A stretch of DNA of 64,000 bases, taken from positions 352,001-416,000 of the forward strand of contig CAWEZH010000002.1 of assembly GCA_963813535.1 (NCBI GenBank), written 5' to 3'. The notes under the pieces were generated by a model that saw only the letters and a program-made list of their open reading frames with translations, did not search any database and was not told where the DNA came from. Shown here one piece after another: positions 19,570-31,564 of this stretch; the first letter of the stretch is position 1, and every line of letters begins with the position of its first letter. A program made the translations under genes and the position numbers. Origin of the DNA: an uncultured Chloroflexia bacterium (GTDB lineage Bacteria; Chloroflexota; Limnocylindria; Limnocylindrales; CSP1-4).

Positions 19570-19714
19570 GGTCCGATCTCCTTCCCGGTCGGCCGGATGC
19601 TCCGGTGCCGACCCTGCGTCTACGGCGGGTCAGCCGGACGCTACCAAGGAGCGCTGCACGTCCACGTATCGGATCGTCGACCGTCGCTTACGCCGGTCGG
19701 AGCGACGTGCTCGA

Positions 19715-21457
<1,743 letters not shown>

Positions 21458-21577
21458 ACGCCAAGGCTAGGGGTCGGCTGGTCCGGGCCATAGCCGACCG
21501 GTGGTACCCCCCGTCCACGGCGGTGGTACCGACCCATCCCGAAACCGGCCCGCGACGCGTCGACCGCGATGGCCCGC

Positions 21578-21586
21578 TGCTATACT
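21578..21586 (+). promoter_or_regulatory. Extended -10 promoter (TGc-TATACT) for the pur leader/operon
   Basis: tgctatact at 21578-21586, immediately 5' of the structured region. Confidence 0.65.
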
Positions 21587-21589
21587 CCG

Positions 21590-21771
21590 CCCGTCCTCGA
21601 CCGCAGCGGGTTCGCCCCGCGAACCAGGAGGTCAACGATCGCGCGACTTCGGCGCATCGGCCGTCCCGTGAGGCGGTCGGGCGACCGCCGGACAGCGATC
21701 CGCCGACAGGTCGGCGGCTCGAGACGGGAGACGTATAACCAGGTCCCTGGCATATCGGCCGGGACCTTTTT
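21590..21771 (+). ncRNA. Candidate structured leader RNA (riboswitch/attenuator) or sRNA upstream of purA
   Basis: Closing helix cccgtc(c)tcga/tcgagacggg, inner helix gatcgc/gcgatc, several hairpins including cUUCGg, followed by a U-tailed terminator. Confidence 0.55.
21741..21771 (+). terminator. Intrinsic terminator/attenuator upstream of purA
   Basis: aggtccctggc-atatcg-gccgggacct then T-run to 21771. Confidence 0.75.
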
Positions 21772-21772
21772 A

Positions 21773-21899
21773 GTTGGGCGGCGCTCATGCTCGCCCAGCG
21801 CCGCGTTGCCGCCTGCGCGCACTCGCTCACGCACCTCCAGGTGCGCTCGCTCGCGTGCTCGGCGTCGCCTTGCGCCGGGCGGCCTGAGCGCCGCCTGGC
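21773..21899. repeat. ~127-bp palindromic element (RPE1/MITE-like)
   Basis: Terminal arms gttgggcggcgctca / tgagcgccgcctggc, nested arms cgcccagcgc / gcgccgggcg, apical ctcacgcacctccaggtgcgctc; single copy in window. Confidence 0.55.
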
Positions 21900-21912
21900 G
21901 GGAGTCGAGCTG

Positions 21913-23220
21913 ATGCCCGCGACGGTGATCGTCGGGCTCCAATGGGGCGACGAGGGCAAGGGCAAGACCACCGACTTCCTGGCCGAGCAGACCGCCATGG
22001 TCGTGCGCTACCAGGGGGGCGACAACGCCGGCCACACCGTGGTCCGTGGCGACGAGGTGTTCAAGCTCCGGTTGACCCCGTCCGGCGTCCTCTATCCGCA
22101 CATGACGTCGGTCATCGGCAACGGCGTCGTAGTCAACCCGCTGACCCTCATCGACGAGTTCGACATGCTCACGTCACGGGGTATCGACGTCGGCCGTGTG
22201 CGGGTCAGTCGCAGCGCGCACGTGATCATGCCCTATCACGTGGCCCTGGACCGGGCGAACGAGGCCCGTCTCGGCGGCGCGGCCGTAGGCACGACCGGGC
22301 GTGGGATCGGTCCCACCTACGCCGATCGGGCGTGGCGGCTTGGCCTCCGGATGGAGGACCTCCTCGACGCCGCCGTGCTCCACGAGCGGCTCGAACGCGT
22401 GTTGCCGGACAAGAACCTGCTGCTCGCCGCGATGGACGGCGGCGAGTTCTCCGTGGATGCGCTGGTGGAAGAGGCCCTCGGCTGGGGCGAGCGGCTGCGC
22501 GATCACCTGGACGACACGACCTGGCTCGTCCAGGGCGCACTGGCGCGCGGCGACCAGGTCCTGCTCGAAGGTGCCCAGGGCACGTTGCTCGACCTCGACC
22601 ACGGCAGCTATCCGTTCGTGACCTCGTCGAACCCGGTCGCCGGGGGCGCCTGCACGGGCGGCGGCATCGGCCCGCTCCAGGTCGATGAGGTCATCGGCGT
22701 CATGAAGGCCTACTCGACGCGTGTCGGGTCGGGCCCCTATCCGACCGAGCTCCTCGACGGCATCGGCAAGGGCATCGCCGAGCGCGGCAACGAGTACGGG
22801 ACGGTGACGGGCCGTCCGCGCAGGGTCGGCTGGTTCGATGTCGTCCCGCTGCGGTACGCCGTCGCCGTCAACAGCGTCAGCTCGATCATGCTCAACAAGC
22901 TCGACATCCTGTCGGGCATCGACCGACTGCGCCTGTGCGTCGCCTACGAGATCGACGGGCGCCGCATCGACACGTGGCCGTCGAGCGGCGCCGCTCTCGC
23001 GCGCGCGACGCCGATCTACGACGAGTACCCGGGCTGGTCCGAGCCGATCAACGGCGTGCGGTCGCTGAGCGACCTGCCGGAGAACGCGCGCCGCTACGTG
23101 AGCGCACTCGAGGACCATGCCGGTGTCCCGATCGTGCTGGTCTCGGTCGGCCCCGAGCGGACCCAGACCATCGAGCGCGCATGGCGATCGGTGCGCCAGC
23201 GCCAGGTCGTGCCGGCATGA
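21913..23220 (+). CDS. purA: Adenylosuccinate synthetase
   Basis: GLQWGDEGKGK, GGDNAGHT, GTTGRGIGPTY, EGAQG, GTVTGRPRRVGW. Confidence 0.98.
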   Translation: MPATVIVGLQWGDEGKGKTTDFLAEQTAMVVRYQGGDNAGHTVVRGDEVFKLRLTPSGVLYPHMTSVIGNGVVVNPLTLIDEFDMLTSRGIDVGRVRVSRSAHVIMPYHVALDRANEARLGGAAVGTTGRGIGPTYADRAWRLGLRMEDLLDAAVLHERLERVLPDKNLLLAAMDGGEFSVDALVEEALGWGERLRDHLDDTTWLVQGALARGDQVLLEGAQGTLLDLDHGSYPFVTSSNPVAGGACTGGGIGPLQVDEVIGVMKAYSTRVGSGPYPTELLDGIGKGIAERGNEYGTVTGRPRRVGWFDVVPLRYAVAVNSVSSIMLNKLDILSGIDRLRLCVAYEIDGRRIDTWPSSGAALARATPIYDEYPGWSEPINGVRSLSDLPENARRYVSALEDHAGVPIVLVSVGPERTQTIERAWRSVRQRQVVPA

Positions 23221-24575
23221 GTCCAGCAGGTCTCGTCATGCCGACCCGCATCCTGGTCGTCGGGAGCGGTGGTCGCGAGCACGCGCTGGCGTGGAAGCTC
23301 GGTGGCGAGCCGGGCGTCAACGAGGTGACCGTCGCCCCGGGGAGCCACGCGATCGGCACCGAGCCGCGCGTCCGCACGCTCAAGGACGTCGATCCCCTCG
23401 ACCCGGAGAGCGTGGCATTCGTCGCGCGCGCGATCGCCGCCGAACTGGTCGTGATCGGCCCCGAGGCGCCGCTCGCGGCAGGTCTCACCGACGCGCTGAC
23501 GGAGGCCGGGATCACGGTCTTCGGTCCGACCGCCGCCGCCGCGCGGATCGAGTCGAGCAAGGCGTTCTGCCATGACGTCGCGGTGGCCGCCGGTGTCCCG
23601 ATGGCCCGTGCGGCCGCCTTCGCGACCGGTGAGCGCGAGCCCGCGTTCGCGTTCGCCCGTCAGCTCGCGGCCGAGGGGCGCGGGGTCGTCGTGAAAGCCG
23701 ACGGGCTCGCGGCCGGCAAGGGCGTGACCGTGTGTGACGGCATCGAGGACGCAGGGGCGGCGATCGACGCTCGCATCCAGGCAGATCCGATCGTCGTCGA
23801 GGAGCGACTCGAGGGTCGTGAGGCGAGCCTGATCGCCATCTGCGATGGCAAGGAAGCGCTGGCCCTGCCCATGGCCCGCGACCACAAGCGCCTGGGCGAC
23901 CTCGACACAGGGCCGAACACCGGTGGGATGGGTGCCTACAGTCCGCTCGAGGACCTTCCCGACGAGGCCGCGGACGACCTCATCGAACGGTTCCACCGGC
24001 CGCTGCTCGCGGAGCTGGCCAGGCGCGGCACCCCGTTCCGTGGTGCGCTCTATGCCGGACTGATCCTCACCGCCGACGGGCCCGTCCTGCTCGAGTGCAA
24101 CGCACGGTTCGGAGACCCCGAGACACAGGTGATCCTGCCCCGGCTTGCCGCGCCCCTTGGCCCGTTACTGCTGGCGGCAGCGAAGGGGCGGCTCAAGGCC
24201 GCAAGCAAGGCGATCGGCATCGAGGGTCATCGTGTGCCGACCCTCCCGGGCGCGGTCGTGGGCATCGTGCTGGCCGCGGCCGGCTATCCAGAGGCGCCGC
24301 GGGTCAGGGATGCCATCGATGGATTGCACGGCGCACGGGCGACCGGGGGTCTCGTGTTCCATGCCGGGACAGCACGGGACAGCGTCGGCGGGTACGAGAC
24401 GGCGGGTGGCCGGGTCCTGACGGTCGTCGGCCGTGGCGCGGACATCGCACAAGCGCGCACACAGGCCGAGTCGGCGGCCGAGCGCATCTCGTTCGACGGG
24501 CTCCAGCGCCGGCTCGACATCGGTCTCCAGGCGATGCTCACCGCGGGTGGGATCAGCGTGGGCAGTGCCCGGTGA
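23217..24575 (+). CDS. purD: Phosphoribosylamine--glycine ligase
   Basis: ILVVGSGGREHALAW, GPEAPL, KADGLAAGKGV, GPNTGGMGAYSP, NARFGDPETQ. Confidence 0.97.
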   Translation: MSPAGLVMPTRILVVGSGGREHALAWKLGGEPGVNEVTVAPGSHAIGTEPRVRTLKDVDPLDPESVAFVARAIAAELVVIGPEAPLAAGLTDALTEAGITVFGPTAAAARIESSKAFCHDVAVAAGVPMARAAAFATGEREPAFAFARQLAAEGRGVVVKADGLAAGKGVTVCDGIEDAGAAIDARIQADPIVVEERLEGREASLIAICDGKEALALPMARDHKRLGDLDTGPNTGGMGAYSPLEDLPDEAADDLIERFHRPLLAELARRGTPFRGALYAGLILTADGPVLLECNARFGDPETQVILPRLAAPLGPLLLAAAKGRLKAASKAIGIEGHRVPTLPGAVVGIVLAAAGYPEAPRVRDAIDGLHGARATGGLVFHAGTARDSVGGYETAGGRVLTVVGRGADIAQARTQAESAAERISFDGLQRRLDIGLQAMLTAGGISVGSAR

Positions 24576-25912
24576 TCCGTCGCTATACGCTGCCGGAGAT
24601 GGCTGCCATCTGGTCGGAGCAGGCGCGCTTCGAGCAGATCCTCCGGGTCGAGCTGGCCGTCGCCCGGGCGCAGGCTGCGCGAGGACTCATCCCGGCCGCC
24701 GCCCTCGAGGCGCTCGAGACACGTGCGACCATCGACGTCGAGCGCATCGCCGAGATCGAGCGCACGACCGACCACGACATCATCGCGTTCGTGAGCCAGG
24801 TCGCCCAGTCGGTCGGTCCGGAGGGGCGGTACCTCCATTTCGGACTCACCAGCAGCGACGTCGTCGATACCGGCCTCGCACTCCAGCTTCGAGCGGCCGG
24901 GGCGCGCCTGCTGGAGGATACCGATCGCCTCATCGAGGTCCTCGTGGTGCGCGCCCGCGCCGAGGCCGACACGACGATGATGGGCCGCACGCACTCGGTC
25001 CACGCCGAACCGACCACGTTCGGTCTCAAGGTCGCGAGCTGGGCGTTCGAGATCGATCGCGGTCGGACGCGGCTGGCCACGGCGGTCGACGAGATCGGCA
25101 CCGGCAAGATCTCGGGCCCGGTCGGGACCTACAGCCACCTCGACCCGGACATCGAGGCCGAGGTGCTCGCCGCTCTGGGACTGCACGCCGACCCGGCGAG
25201 CACGCAGATCGTGCAGCGTGACCGCCATGCGGCCCTGCTCGGAGCGATCGCGATCCTCGGCGGCAGCCTGGAGCGGATCGCGACCGAGATCCGCAACCTG
25301 CAGCACACGGAGATCGGCGAGGTCCAGGAGCCGTTCAAGGTCGGGCAGAAGGGCTCGAGCGCGATGCCCCACAAGCGCAACCCGATCCTGTCCGAGCGGA
25401 TCTCGGGGCTGGCCCGACTGCTGCGCGGGTATGCGGCCACGGCGCTCGAGGACCAGCCACTCTGGCACGAACGGGATATCAGCCATTCGAGCGCGGAGCG
25501 CGTGATCCTGCCCGACTCTACGATCCTCCTGGACTACATGCTCGTCCGGATGACCGGGCTCATCGATGGCCTCGTCGTCCGATCCGAGCGGATGCGCGAG
25601 AACATCACCCGTGGCCTGGGCCTCCACGCCAGCAGCCGGGTCCTCGTCGCCCTCGTCGAGAAGGGCGGGATCGGTCGTGACGAGGCCTACGCGATCGTCC
25701 AGCGAGCCGCGCTCCGGGCCGCCGACGAGCGCGCGCCGCTGCGCGAACTGCTGGCGTTGGACCCCGTGGTGGCGCAGAAGCTGCCGCTCGCGGACCTCGA
25801 CGCCTGCTTCGACGAATCGACGTTCCTGCGCAACGTGCACCAGGTCATCGCCAGGCTCGACACGCTCGCTGCACGGTCCCCGACGACGGAGGCGACCCGT
25901 GCTGACGGCTGA
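24572..25912 (+). CDS. purB: Adenylosuccinate lyase
   Basis: IRRYTLPEM, HFGLTSSD, GRTHSVHAEPTTFG, GSSAMPHKRNP. Confidence 0.97.
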   Translation: MIRRYTLPEMAAIWSEQARFEQILRVELAVARAQAARGLIPAAALEALETRATIDVERIAEIERTTDHDIIAFVSQVAQSVGPEGRYLHFGLTSSDVVDTGLALQLRAAGARLLEDTDRLIEVLVVRARAEADTTMMGRTHSVHAEPTTFGLKVASWAFEIDRGRTRLATAVDEIGTGKISGPVGTYSHLDPDIEAEVLAALGLHADPASTQIVQRDRHAALLGAIAILGGSLERIATEIRNLQHTEIGEVQEPFKVGQKGSSAMPHKRNPILSERISGLARLLRGYAATALEDQPLWHERDISHSSAERVILPDSTILLDYMLVRMTGLIDGLVVRSERMRENITRGLGLHASSRVLVALVEKGGIGRDEAYAIVQRAALRAADERAPLRELLALDPVVAQKLPLADLDACFDESTFLRNVHQVIARLDTLAARSPTTEATRADG

Positions 25913-26783
25913 CCGCTACCTCCGCTCGGGCAAGGTCCGCGACCTGTACCAGCTCCCCGACGGACGGCTGATGCTCGTGGCGTCAGACCGCATCAGCGCG
26001 TTCGATGTCGTGCTCCCGACCGAGATCCCCGACAAGGGCCGCGTGCTGACCGGGCTGTCGAGGTTCTGGTTCGCCGAGACCGCCTCGATGCTGCCGAACC
26101 ACCTGCTTTCCACCGACGACGGCGGCGACCCCGCCCGTCGGGGGCGGGTCATGGTGTGTCGCCCGACCGACGTCGTCCCGATCGAAGCCGTCGTCCGCGG
26201 CTACCTCGCCGGTTCGGGCTGGAAGGAATATCGCGACGCAGGCACTGTGTGCGGCATCGCGCTTCCGTCCGGTCTCCGAGAGAGCGACCGCTTGCCCGAG
26301 CCCATCTTCACGCCGGCGACCAAGGCCGAGATGGGCGAGCACGACGAGAACATCGACTTCGGGCGGATGGTCGCCAGCGTCGGGCTGGAGACGGCCGAAC
26401 GGATCCGCGAGCTGTCGCTGCTCATGTATCGATACGCGGCCACGCTGACCGAGCGGCGCGGGATCATCCTGGCCGACACGAAGTTCGAGTTCGGTGTGGA
26501 TCGAGCGACCGGTGAGCTGCTCCTGATCGACGAGGCGTTGACGCCCGACTCGTCCCGGTTCTGGGACGCAGCGACGTACGAGCCGGGTCGGCAGCAGGCC
26601 AGCTTCGACAAGCAGTTCGTGCGCGACTGGCTCGAGACGCAGCCCTGGGACAAGACCGCCCCCGGGCCGCCGTTACCCGATGATGTCGTTGCCGGTACCC
26701 GCACGCGCTATGTCGCGGCCTTCGAGCGGGTCACCGGTGCGAGCTTCGAGCGGTATCTCAGGGAGGACGTCATCGCCCGATGA
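25899..26783 (+). CDS. purC: SAICAR synthetase
   Basis: [51 protein letters not shown]. Confidence 0.97.
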   Translation: MLTADRYLRSGKVRDLYQLPDGRLMLVASDRISAFDVVLPTEIPDKGRVLTGLSRFWFAETASMLPNHLLSTDDGGDPARRGRVMVCRPTDVVPIEAVVRGYLAGSGWKEYRDAGTVCGIALPSGLRESDRLPEPIFTPATKAEMGEHDENIDFGRMVASVGLETAERIRELSLLMYRYAATLTERRGIILADTKFEFGVDRATGELLLIDEALTPDSSRFWDAATYEPGRQQASFDKQFVRDWLETQPWDKTAPGPPLPDDVVAGTRTRYVAAFERVTGASFERYLREDVIAR

Positions 26784-27040
26784 GCAGCCACCGGTTCGCT
26801 GTGAATGTGACGCCCAAGCCGGGCATCCTCGACCCGCAGGGGCGCGCCGTCGAGGGGAGCCTCGGACATCTCGGCATCGACGGCGTCACGTCCGTCCGCG
26901 TCGGCCGGCGGGTCGAGTTGACGGTCGAGGCGGCCGACGAGTCGGCGGCGCGCGTCGTGGTCGAACGGCTGGCCTCCGAGTTGCTGGCGAACCAGCTCAT
27001 CGAGGCGTACGCCATCGAATCGATCGGGGCTGTCGCCTGA
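26780..27040 (+). CDS. purS: FGAM synthase subunit PurS
   Basis: [25 protein letters not shown]. Confidence 0.95.
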   Translation: MSSHRFAVNVTPKPGILDPQGRAVEGSLGHLGIDGVTSVRVGRRVELTVEAADESAARVVVERLASELLANQLIEAYAIESIGAVA

Positions 27041-27792
27041 TGCCGACCCGCGTCGGCGTCGTCGTCTTCCCGGGCAGCAACTGCGACCGCGACACGCTCC
27101 ACGCCCTCGATCTGGTCGACGCCGAGCCGGTCGCGCTGTGGCATGAGCAGGCGTCACTCGACGGTGTCGCGGCGGTCATCCTGCCCGGCGGCTTCGCCTA
27201 CGGCGACTATCTGCGCGCGGGTGTCATCGCCCGGTTCAGCCCGGTGATGCGGGCGGTCGAGGCGTTCGCGGCCGACGGCGGGCTCGTCCTCGGTATCTGC
27301 AACGGGTTCCAGGTGCTCGCCGAAGCCGGGCTGGTGCCGGGTGCGCTCCTGCGCAACCGCGGGCTGCGTTTCCTTGGCCGCGATGTCGAGATCGCCGCCA
27401 CGCGGCTCGACACGCCGTTCACGCACGCGCTCGCCCCCGCCGGACAGCCGCTGCGCATGCCGATCGCCCACGGCGAGGGGTGCTACTACGCGGATGACGC
27501 GACGCTTGACGCGCTCGAGGCCGAGGGGCAGGTCCTGTTCCGGTACGTCGGCGCCGACGGTCGCCCGGCCGCCGAGGACGATCACGTCGCGAACCCGAAC
27601 GGCAGCCTGCGGGCGATCGCCGGGGTCCTCAACGCGGCCGGCAACGTCTGTGGGTTGATGCCGCACCCGGAGCGTGCCTCAGAAGGGATCCTTGGCTCCG
27701 ACGCCGGATTGCCCATCATCAGCTCGCTGGTCGACAGTGCCGCGCGTGCCTCGACCGGCGGGCGACCGCTCGAGCTGGCCGGCACGCGATGA
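27040..27792 (+). CDS. purQ: FGAM synthase glutaminase subunit PurQ
   Basis: [43 protein letters not shown]. Confidence 0.97.
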   Translation: MPTRVGVVVFPGSNCDRDTLHALDLVDAEPVALWHEQASLDGVAAVILPGGFAYGDYLRAGVIARFSPVMRAVEAFAADGGLVLGICNGFQVLAEAGLVPGALLRNRGLRFLGRDVEIAATRLDTPFTHALAPAGQPLRMPIAHGEGCYYADDATLDALEAEGQVLFRYVGADGRPAAEDDHVANPNGSLRAIAGVLNAAGNVCGLMPHPERASEGILGSDAGLPIISSLVDSAARASTGGRPLELAGTR

Positions 27793-30095
27793 CCGTCACC
27801 GAGGCGCGGCCGGAGGTGGCGGACATGGAGCCGCTCCACCGTCGTCTCGGACTGACCGACGAGGAGCTCGGGGCGATCCGTGACCGCCTCGACGGCCGTG
27901 CGCCGAACGACCTCGAGCTGGCGATGTTCAGCGTGATGTGGAGCGAACATTGCTCGTACAAGAGCTCGAGGCCGCTGTTGCGGACCCTCCCGACGGGCGG
28001 CGAGGGCGTCGTCGCCGGTCCGGGCGAGAACGCTGGAGTCATCGCGATCGGCGACGGTCTGGCCGTCGCGTTCAAGATCGAATCGCACAACCATCCATCG
28101 GCGGTCGAGCCGTATCAGGGCGCCGCGACGGGGGTCGGCGGGATCCTGCGCGACATCTTCACGATGGGCGCCCGGCCGATCGCCGTCCTCGATGCGTTGC
28201 GTTTCGGCGAGCCATCCGACCCCCGGACACGCCATCTCGTCGACGGCGTCGTGCGCGGCGTCGGTGGCTACGGCAACTGCGTGGGCGTCCCGACGGTCGG
28301 CGGTGAGCTGGTCTTCGACCCGACGTATCAGGGCAACCCGCTGGTCAACGTGATGGCCATCGGACTCCTCGAGGAACGACGCCTGACGCTTGCCGCCGCA
28401 CCGGGTCCGGGCAACCTCGTGGTGCTGTTCGGGTCGACCACGGGGCGGGACGGCATCGGCGGCGCGAGCGTGCTCGCCAGCGCGACCTTCACCGATCAAG
28501 ACCCCTCGAAGCGGCCGTCGGTCCAGGTCGGTGACCCGTTCGCCGAGAAGCTGCTCATCGAGGCGTCGCTCGAGCTCATCGAACGGGGGCTCGTCGAGGG
28601 GCTCCAGGATCTCGGCGCCGGGGGCATCACCTGCGCCACATCCGAGACGGCCGATCGGGCCGGGACAGGCATCTCCCTGGACCTCGACGCGATCCCGCGG
28701 CGAGAGCCGGACATGGAGCCCTTCGAGGTGATGATCTCCGAGTCGCAGGAGCGGATGTGCGCGATCGTCCTGCCTGAGCGCTGGGAGGAGGTCCGCGAGG
28801 TCGCGCAGCGCTGGGGCCTGCCGGTCGCCGTGATCGGTCGGGTGATGGATGACGCGGATATCACGATCACCCGCGATGGGGTGGAGCTGGCCCGAGTCCC
28901 CGCACGGGCACTCACGAGCGACGCCATCATCCACGACCGGGTCGCCCGCGCCCCCGAGCACCGCCGGGCGGCACCGGCACCCGGGGCACCCCTGGGCCCG
29001 AGCGACCGGCTGCCGGAGCGCGGGATGGACCCTGGCGCCGTATTGCTGGCGCTCCTCGGCTCCCCGAACCTCGCATCGCGACGGGCCGTGTTCGAGCAAT
29101 ACGACTCGACCGTCGGCGCCGACACGGTCGTCGGACCCGGTCACGGCGCGGCGGTCCTGCGCATCAAGGGCACTACGCGCGCGCTCGTGGCGACGACCGA
29201 CGGCAACCAGGCCGTCGGCGCCGTGGACCCCTACCTGGGCGCCGCGATGAGCGTGTCCGAGGCGACCCGCAACGTCAGCGTGACCGGCGCGCGCCCGCTC
29301 GGCGTGACCAACTGCCTCAACTACGGCGACCCGACCCGCCCGGAGGCCTTCTGGCAGCTCACCGAGGGGGTACGCGGTCTCGGTGATGCGTGTCGTGCCC
29401 TCGGCCTGCCGGTCACCGGCGGCAACGTCTCGCTCTACAACGAGTCGCCGGCCGGCTCGATCGCACCGACGCCCGAGATCGGCGTCGTCGGACTCCTCGA
29501 CGACGTCGCGCTCCTGGTCGGTCCCGCGTTCGTCTCCGCGGGCGACACGATCCTGCTCGTCGGCGAGGCGACGTCCGGGCTGATCGGGTCGGCCTACGCG
29601 GCGCTGGCCGGCACGACCGTGGAAGACGGGGTGCCATCGCTCGATCTCGCACGGGAGGCCGCCGCCCAGGCGTTCATCCGCGAGGCCATCGAGCGAGAGC
29701 TCGTTGCGAGTGCCCAGGACGTGTCCGACGGCGGGCTGGCGGTCGCCCTGGCCGAATGCTCGATGTGGGGGTCGCTCGGCGCCCGCGTCCGGGTGCCGAC
29801 CGCGATGTCACCGGCCGTCGAACTGTTCGGCGAAAGTCCATCACGGATCGTGGTCACCGCCACGCCCCGGTTCGTGCCGGCCTTGACGTTGCTTGCCCGT
29901 CAGCATGGTCTGCCGATCGAGACGCTGGGCACGGTCGGCGGTGACCGCTTGCAGATCCAGCTGGTCGGGGCCGGCGCGACCGGGGCGTCGGAGGAGCGTG
30001 GGAGCACCATCGCCGACGTGCTCGACGTGCCCCTCACCGTGCTCCGCCATACCTGGGACCACGGTCTGACTCGCGCCCTCGGCTGGGAGGACTGA
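27789..30095 (+). CDS. purL: FGAM synthase subunit PurL (small type)
   Basis: [43 protein letters not shown]. Confidence 0.97.
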   Translation: MTVTEARPEVADMEPLHRRLGLTDEELGAIRDRLDGRAPNDLELAMFSVMWSEHCSYKSSRPLLRTLPTGGEGVVAGPGENAGVIAIGDGLAVAFKIESHNHPSAVEPYQGAATGVGGILRDIFTMGARPIAVLDALRFGEPSDPRTRHLVDGVVRGVGGYGNCVGVPTVGGELVFDPTYQGNPLVNVMAIGLLEERRLTLAAAPGPGNLVVLFGSTTGRDGIGGASVLASATFTDQDPSKRPSVQVGDPFAEKLLIEASLELIERGLVEGLQDLGAGGITCATSETADRAGTGISLDLDAIPRREPDMEPFEVMISESQERMCAIVLPERWEEVREVAQRWGLPVAVIGRVMDDADITITRDGVELARVPARALTSDAIIHDRVARAPEHRRAAPAPGAPLGPSDRLPERGMDPGAVLLALLGSPNLASRRAVFEQYDSTVGADTVVGPGHGAAVLRIKGTTRALVATTDGNQAVGAVDPYLGAAMSVSEATRNVSVTGARPLGVTNCLNYGDPTRPEAFWQLTEGVRGLGDACRALGLPVTGGNVSLYNESPAGSIAPTPEIGVVGLLDDVALLVGPAFVSAGDTILLVGEATSGLIGSAYAALAGTTVEDGVPSLDLAREAAAQAFIREAIERELVASAQDVSDGGLAVALAECSMWGSLGARVRVPTAMSPAVELFGESPSRIVVTATPRFVPALTLLARQHGLPIETLGTVGGDRLQIQLVGAGATGASEERGSTIADVLDVPLTVLRHTWDHGLTRALGWED

Positions 30096-30097
30096 CC

Positions 30098-31564
30098 ATG
30101 TGCGGCGTGTTCGGTGCGGTCATCCCGGACGGCGAGCCGACGGAGGCCGCCGCGATGGCGACGCTCGGCATCTTCGCCCTGCAGCATCGCGGCCAGGAGT
30201 CGGCCGGCATCGCCGTCAGCGACGGCGAGCAGCTGATGCTCTACAAGGACCTCGGGATGATCGGCTCGGTGCTCGACGAGCGCCGGTTGCCGAGCCTGCG
30301 AGGCACGCTCGCGATCGCCCATTGCCGCTACTCGACGACGGGCTCGACGGTCTGGGAGAACGCCCAGCCGACCTACCGCCAGGGCCCGCGCCGAGCCATC
30401 GCCATCGGCCACAACGGCAATCTCGTCAACACGCGCGAGCTGCTCGGCCAGCTGGCAGGTGGTCGTGCACGACTCCCGGCGTCGACCGACACGGAACTGC
30501 TGACCGCCCTGCTCGCCGACGAGCCCGCGACCGACACCGTCGAGGCCCTGCGCCAGGTGCTGCCGCGTGTCCGTGGCGCCTACGCGCTGGTAGTCCTCGA
30601 CGATCGCCGCGTGATCGGCGTTCGCGACCCGCACGGCTTCCGGCCGCTCGTCCTGGGCCGGTTGCCGGCCACCGCCCGCAAGCCCGGCGGCCCGAATGAC
30701 GGCGGTCTGTGGAGCGACGACACCGCCGGCTGGTGCCTCTCCTCGGAGACCGCGGCACTCGACATCGTCGGGGCGGAGTACGTTCGCGACGTGGAGCCCG
30801 GCGAGATCGTCGTCCTCGAGCCGGGCCACGAACCGCGCTCCGTGCGCTACGCGGAGCCGGACCCCGCCCTGTGCGTCTTCGAGCTGATCTACTTCGCCCG
30901 ACCCGACTCCTACATGGAAGGGCGGAACCTGTACGAGGTGCGCCGGCGGATGGGCGAGCAGCTGGCGATCGAGCACCCGGTCGATGCGGATCTGGTCATC
31001 CCGGTCCCCGACACCGGAGCCCCGGCGGCCGCCGGCTACGCCGAGGGCAGCGGTCTGCCCTACCGGGAGGGGATGTACCGCAACCGGTATGCCGGTCGGA
31101 CCTTCATCCAGCCGTCGCAGGGCATGCGTCATCGCGGCGTGACCATCAAGCTCAACCCGATGCCCGCGGTCGTCGCCGGCAAGCGGCTGATCGTCGTCGA
31201 CGACTCGATCGTGCGGGGCACGACGACGAAACGCATCGTCGACCTGCTCCGACGCGCCGGGGCCAGCGAGGTACACGTCCGGATCAGCGCACCGCCGATC
31301 TACCACCCGTGCTTCTACGGCATCGACACGTCCGTCGAGACCGAGCTCATCGCCGCCACGCAGTCGGTCGACGAGATCCGCGACTTCATCGGCGCCGACT
31401 CCCTCGGCTACCTGTCGATACGTGGTGTCCTCGCTGCGCTCGACCTGCCGTACGAGCAGTTCTGTTTCGCCTGTTTCGATGGCAACTACCGGGAGCCCGT
31501 CCCGTACGACGTCGAGCGCCGCAAGTTCATCCTCGAGGACGAGCTCACCGCGACCCGTGACTGA
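30098..31564 (+). CDS. purF: Amidophosphoribosyltransferase (Fe-S type)
   Basis: N-terminal MCG, QHRGQESAG, HNGNLVN, VDDSIVRGTT, Fe-S cysteines CVFE, PCFYGID, CFAC. Confidence 0.97.
   Translation: MCGVFGAVIPDGEPTEAAAMATLGIFALQHRGQESAGIAVSDGEQLMLYKDLGMIGSVLDERRLPSLRGTLAIAHCRYSTTGSTVWENAQPTYRQGPRRAIAIGHNGNLVNTRELLGQLAGGRARLPASTDTELLTALLADEPATDTVEALRQVLPRVRGAYALVVLDDRRVIGVRDPHGFRPLVLGRLPATARKPGGPNDGGLWSDDTAGWCLSSETAALDIVGAEYVRDVEPGEIVVLEPGHEPRSVRYAEPDPALCVFELIYFARPDSYMEGRNLYEVRRRMGEQLAIEHPVDADLVIPVPDTGAPAAAGYAEGSGLPYREGMYRNRYAGRTFIQPSQGMRHRGVTIKLNPMPAVVAGKRLIVVDDSIVRGTTTKRIVDLLRRAGASEVHVRISAPPIYHPCFYGIDTSVETELIAATQSVDEIRDFIGADSLGYLSIRGVLAALDLPYEQFCFACFDGNYREPVPYDVERRKFILEDELTATRD

Noticed and set aside
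21493-21530. FMN-riboswitch-like (CGACCGGTGGTA...GTCCACG) or T-box-like (GGTGGTACC) sequence
   Set aside because: The other conserved FMN and T-box elements are absent, it lies upstream of the predicted promoter, and the gene context does not fit.
21732-21770. Purine riboswitch-like start CGTATAACC
   Set aside because: No following TTTCTACC or CCGTAAA...GACTA elements; the sequence runs directly into the terminator stem.
21787-21912. 42-aa N-terminal extension of PurA
   Set aside because: ATG 21913 has an SD and matches the normal PurA start; the extension is a translation of the palindromic element.
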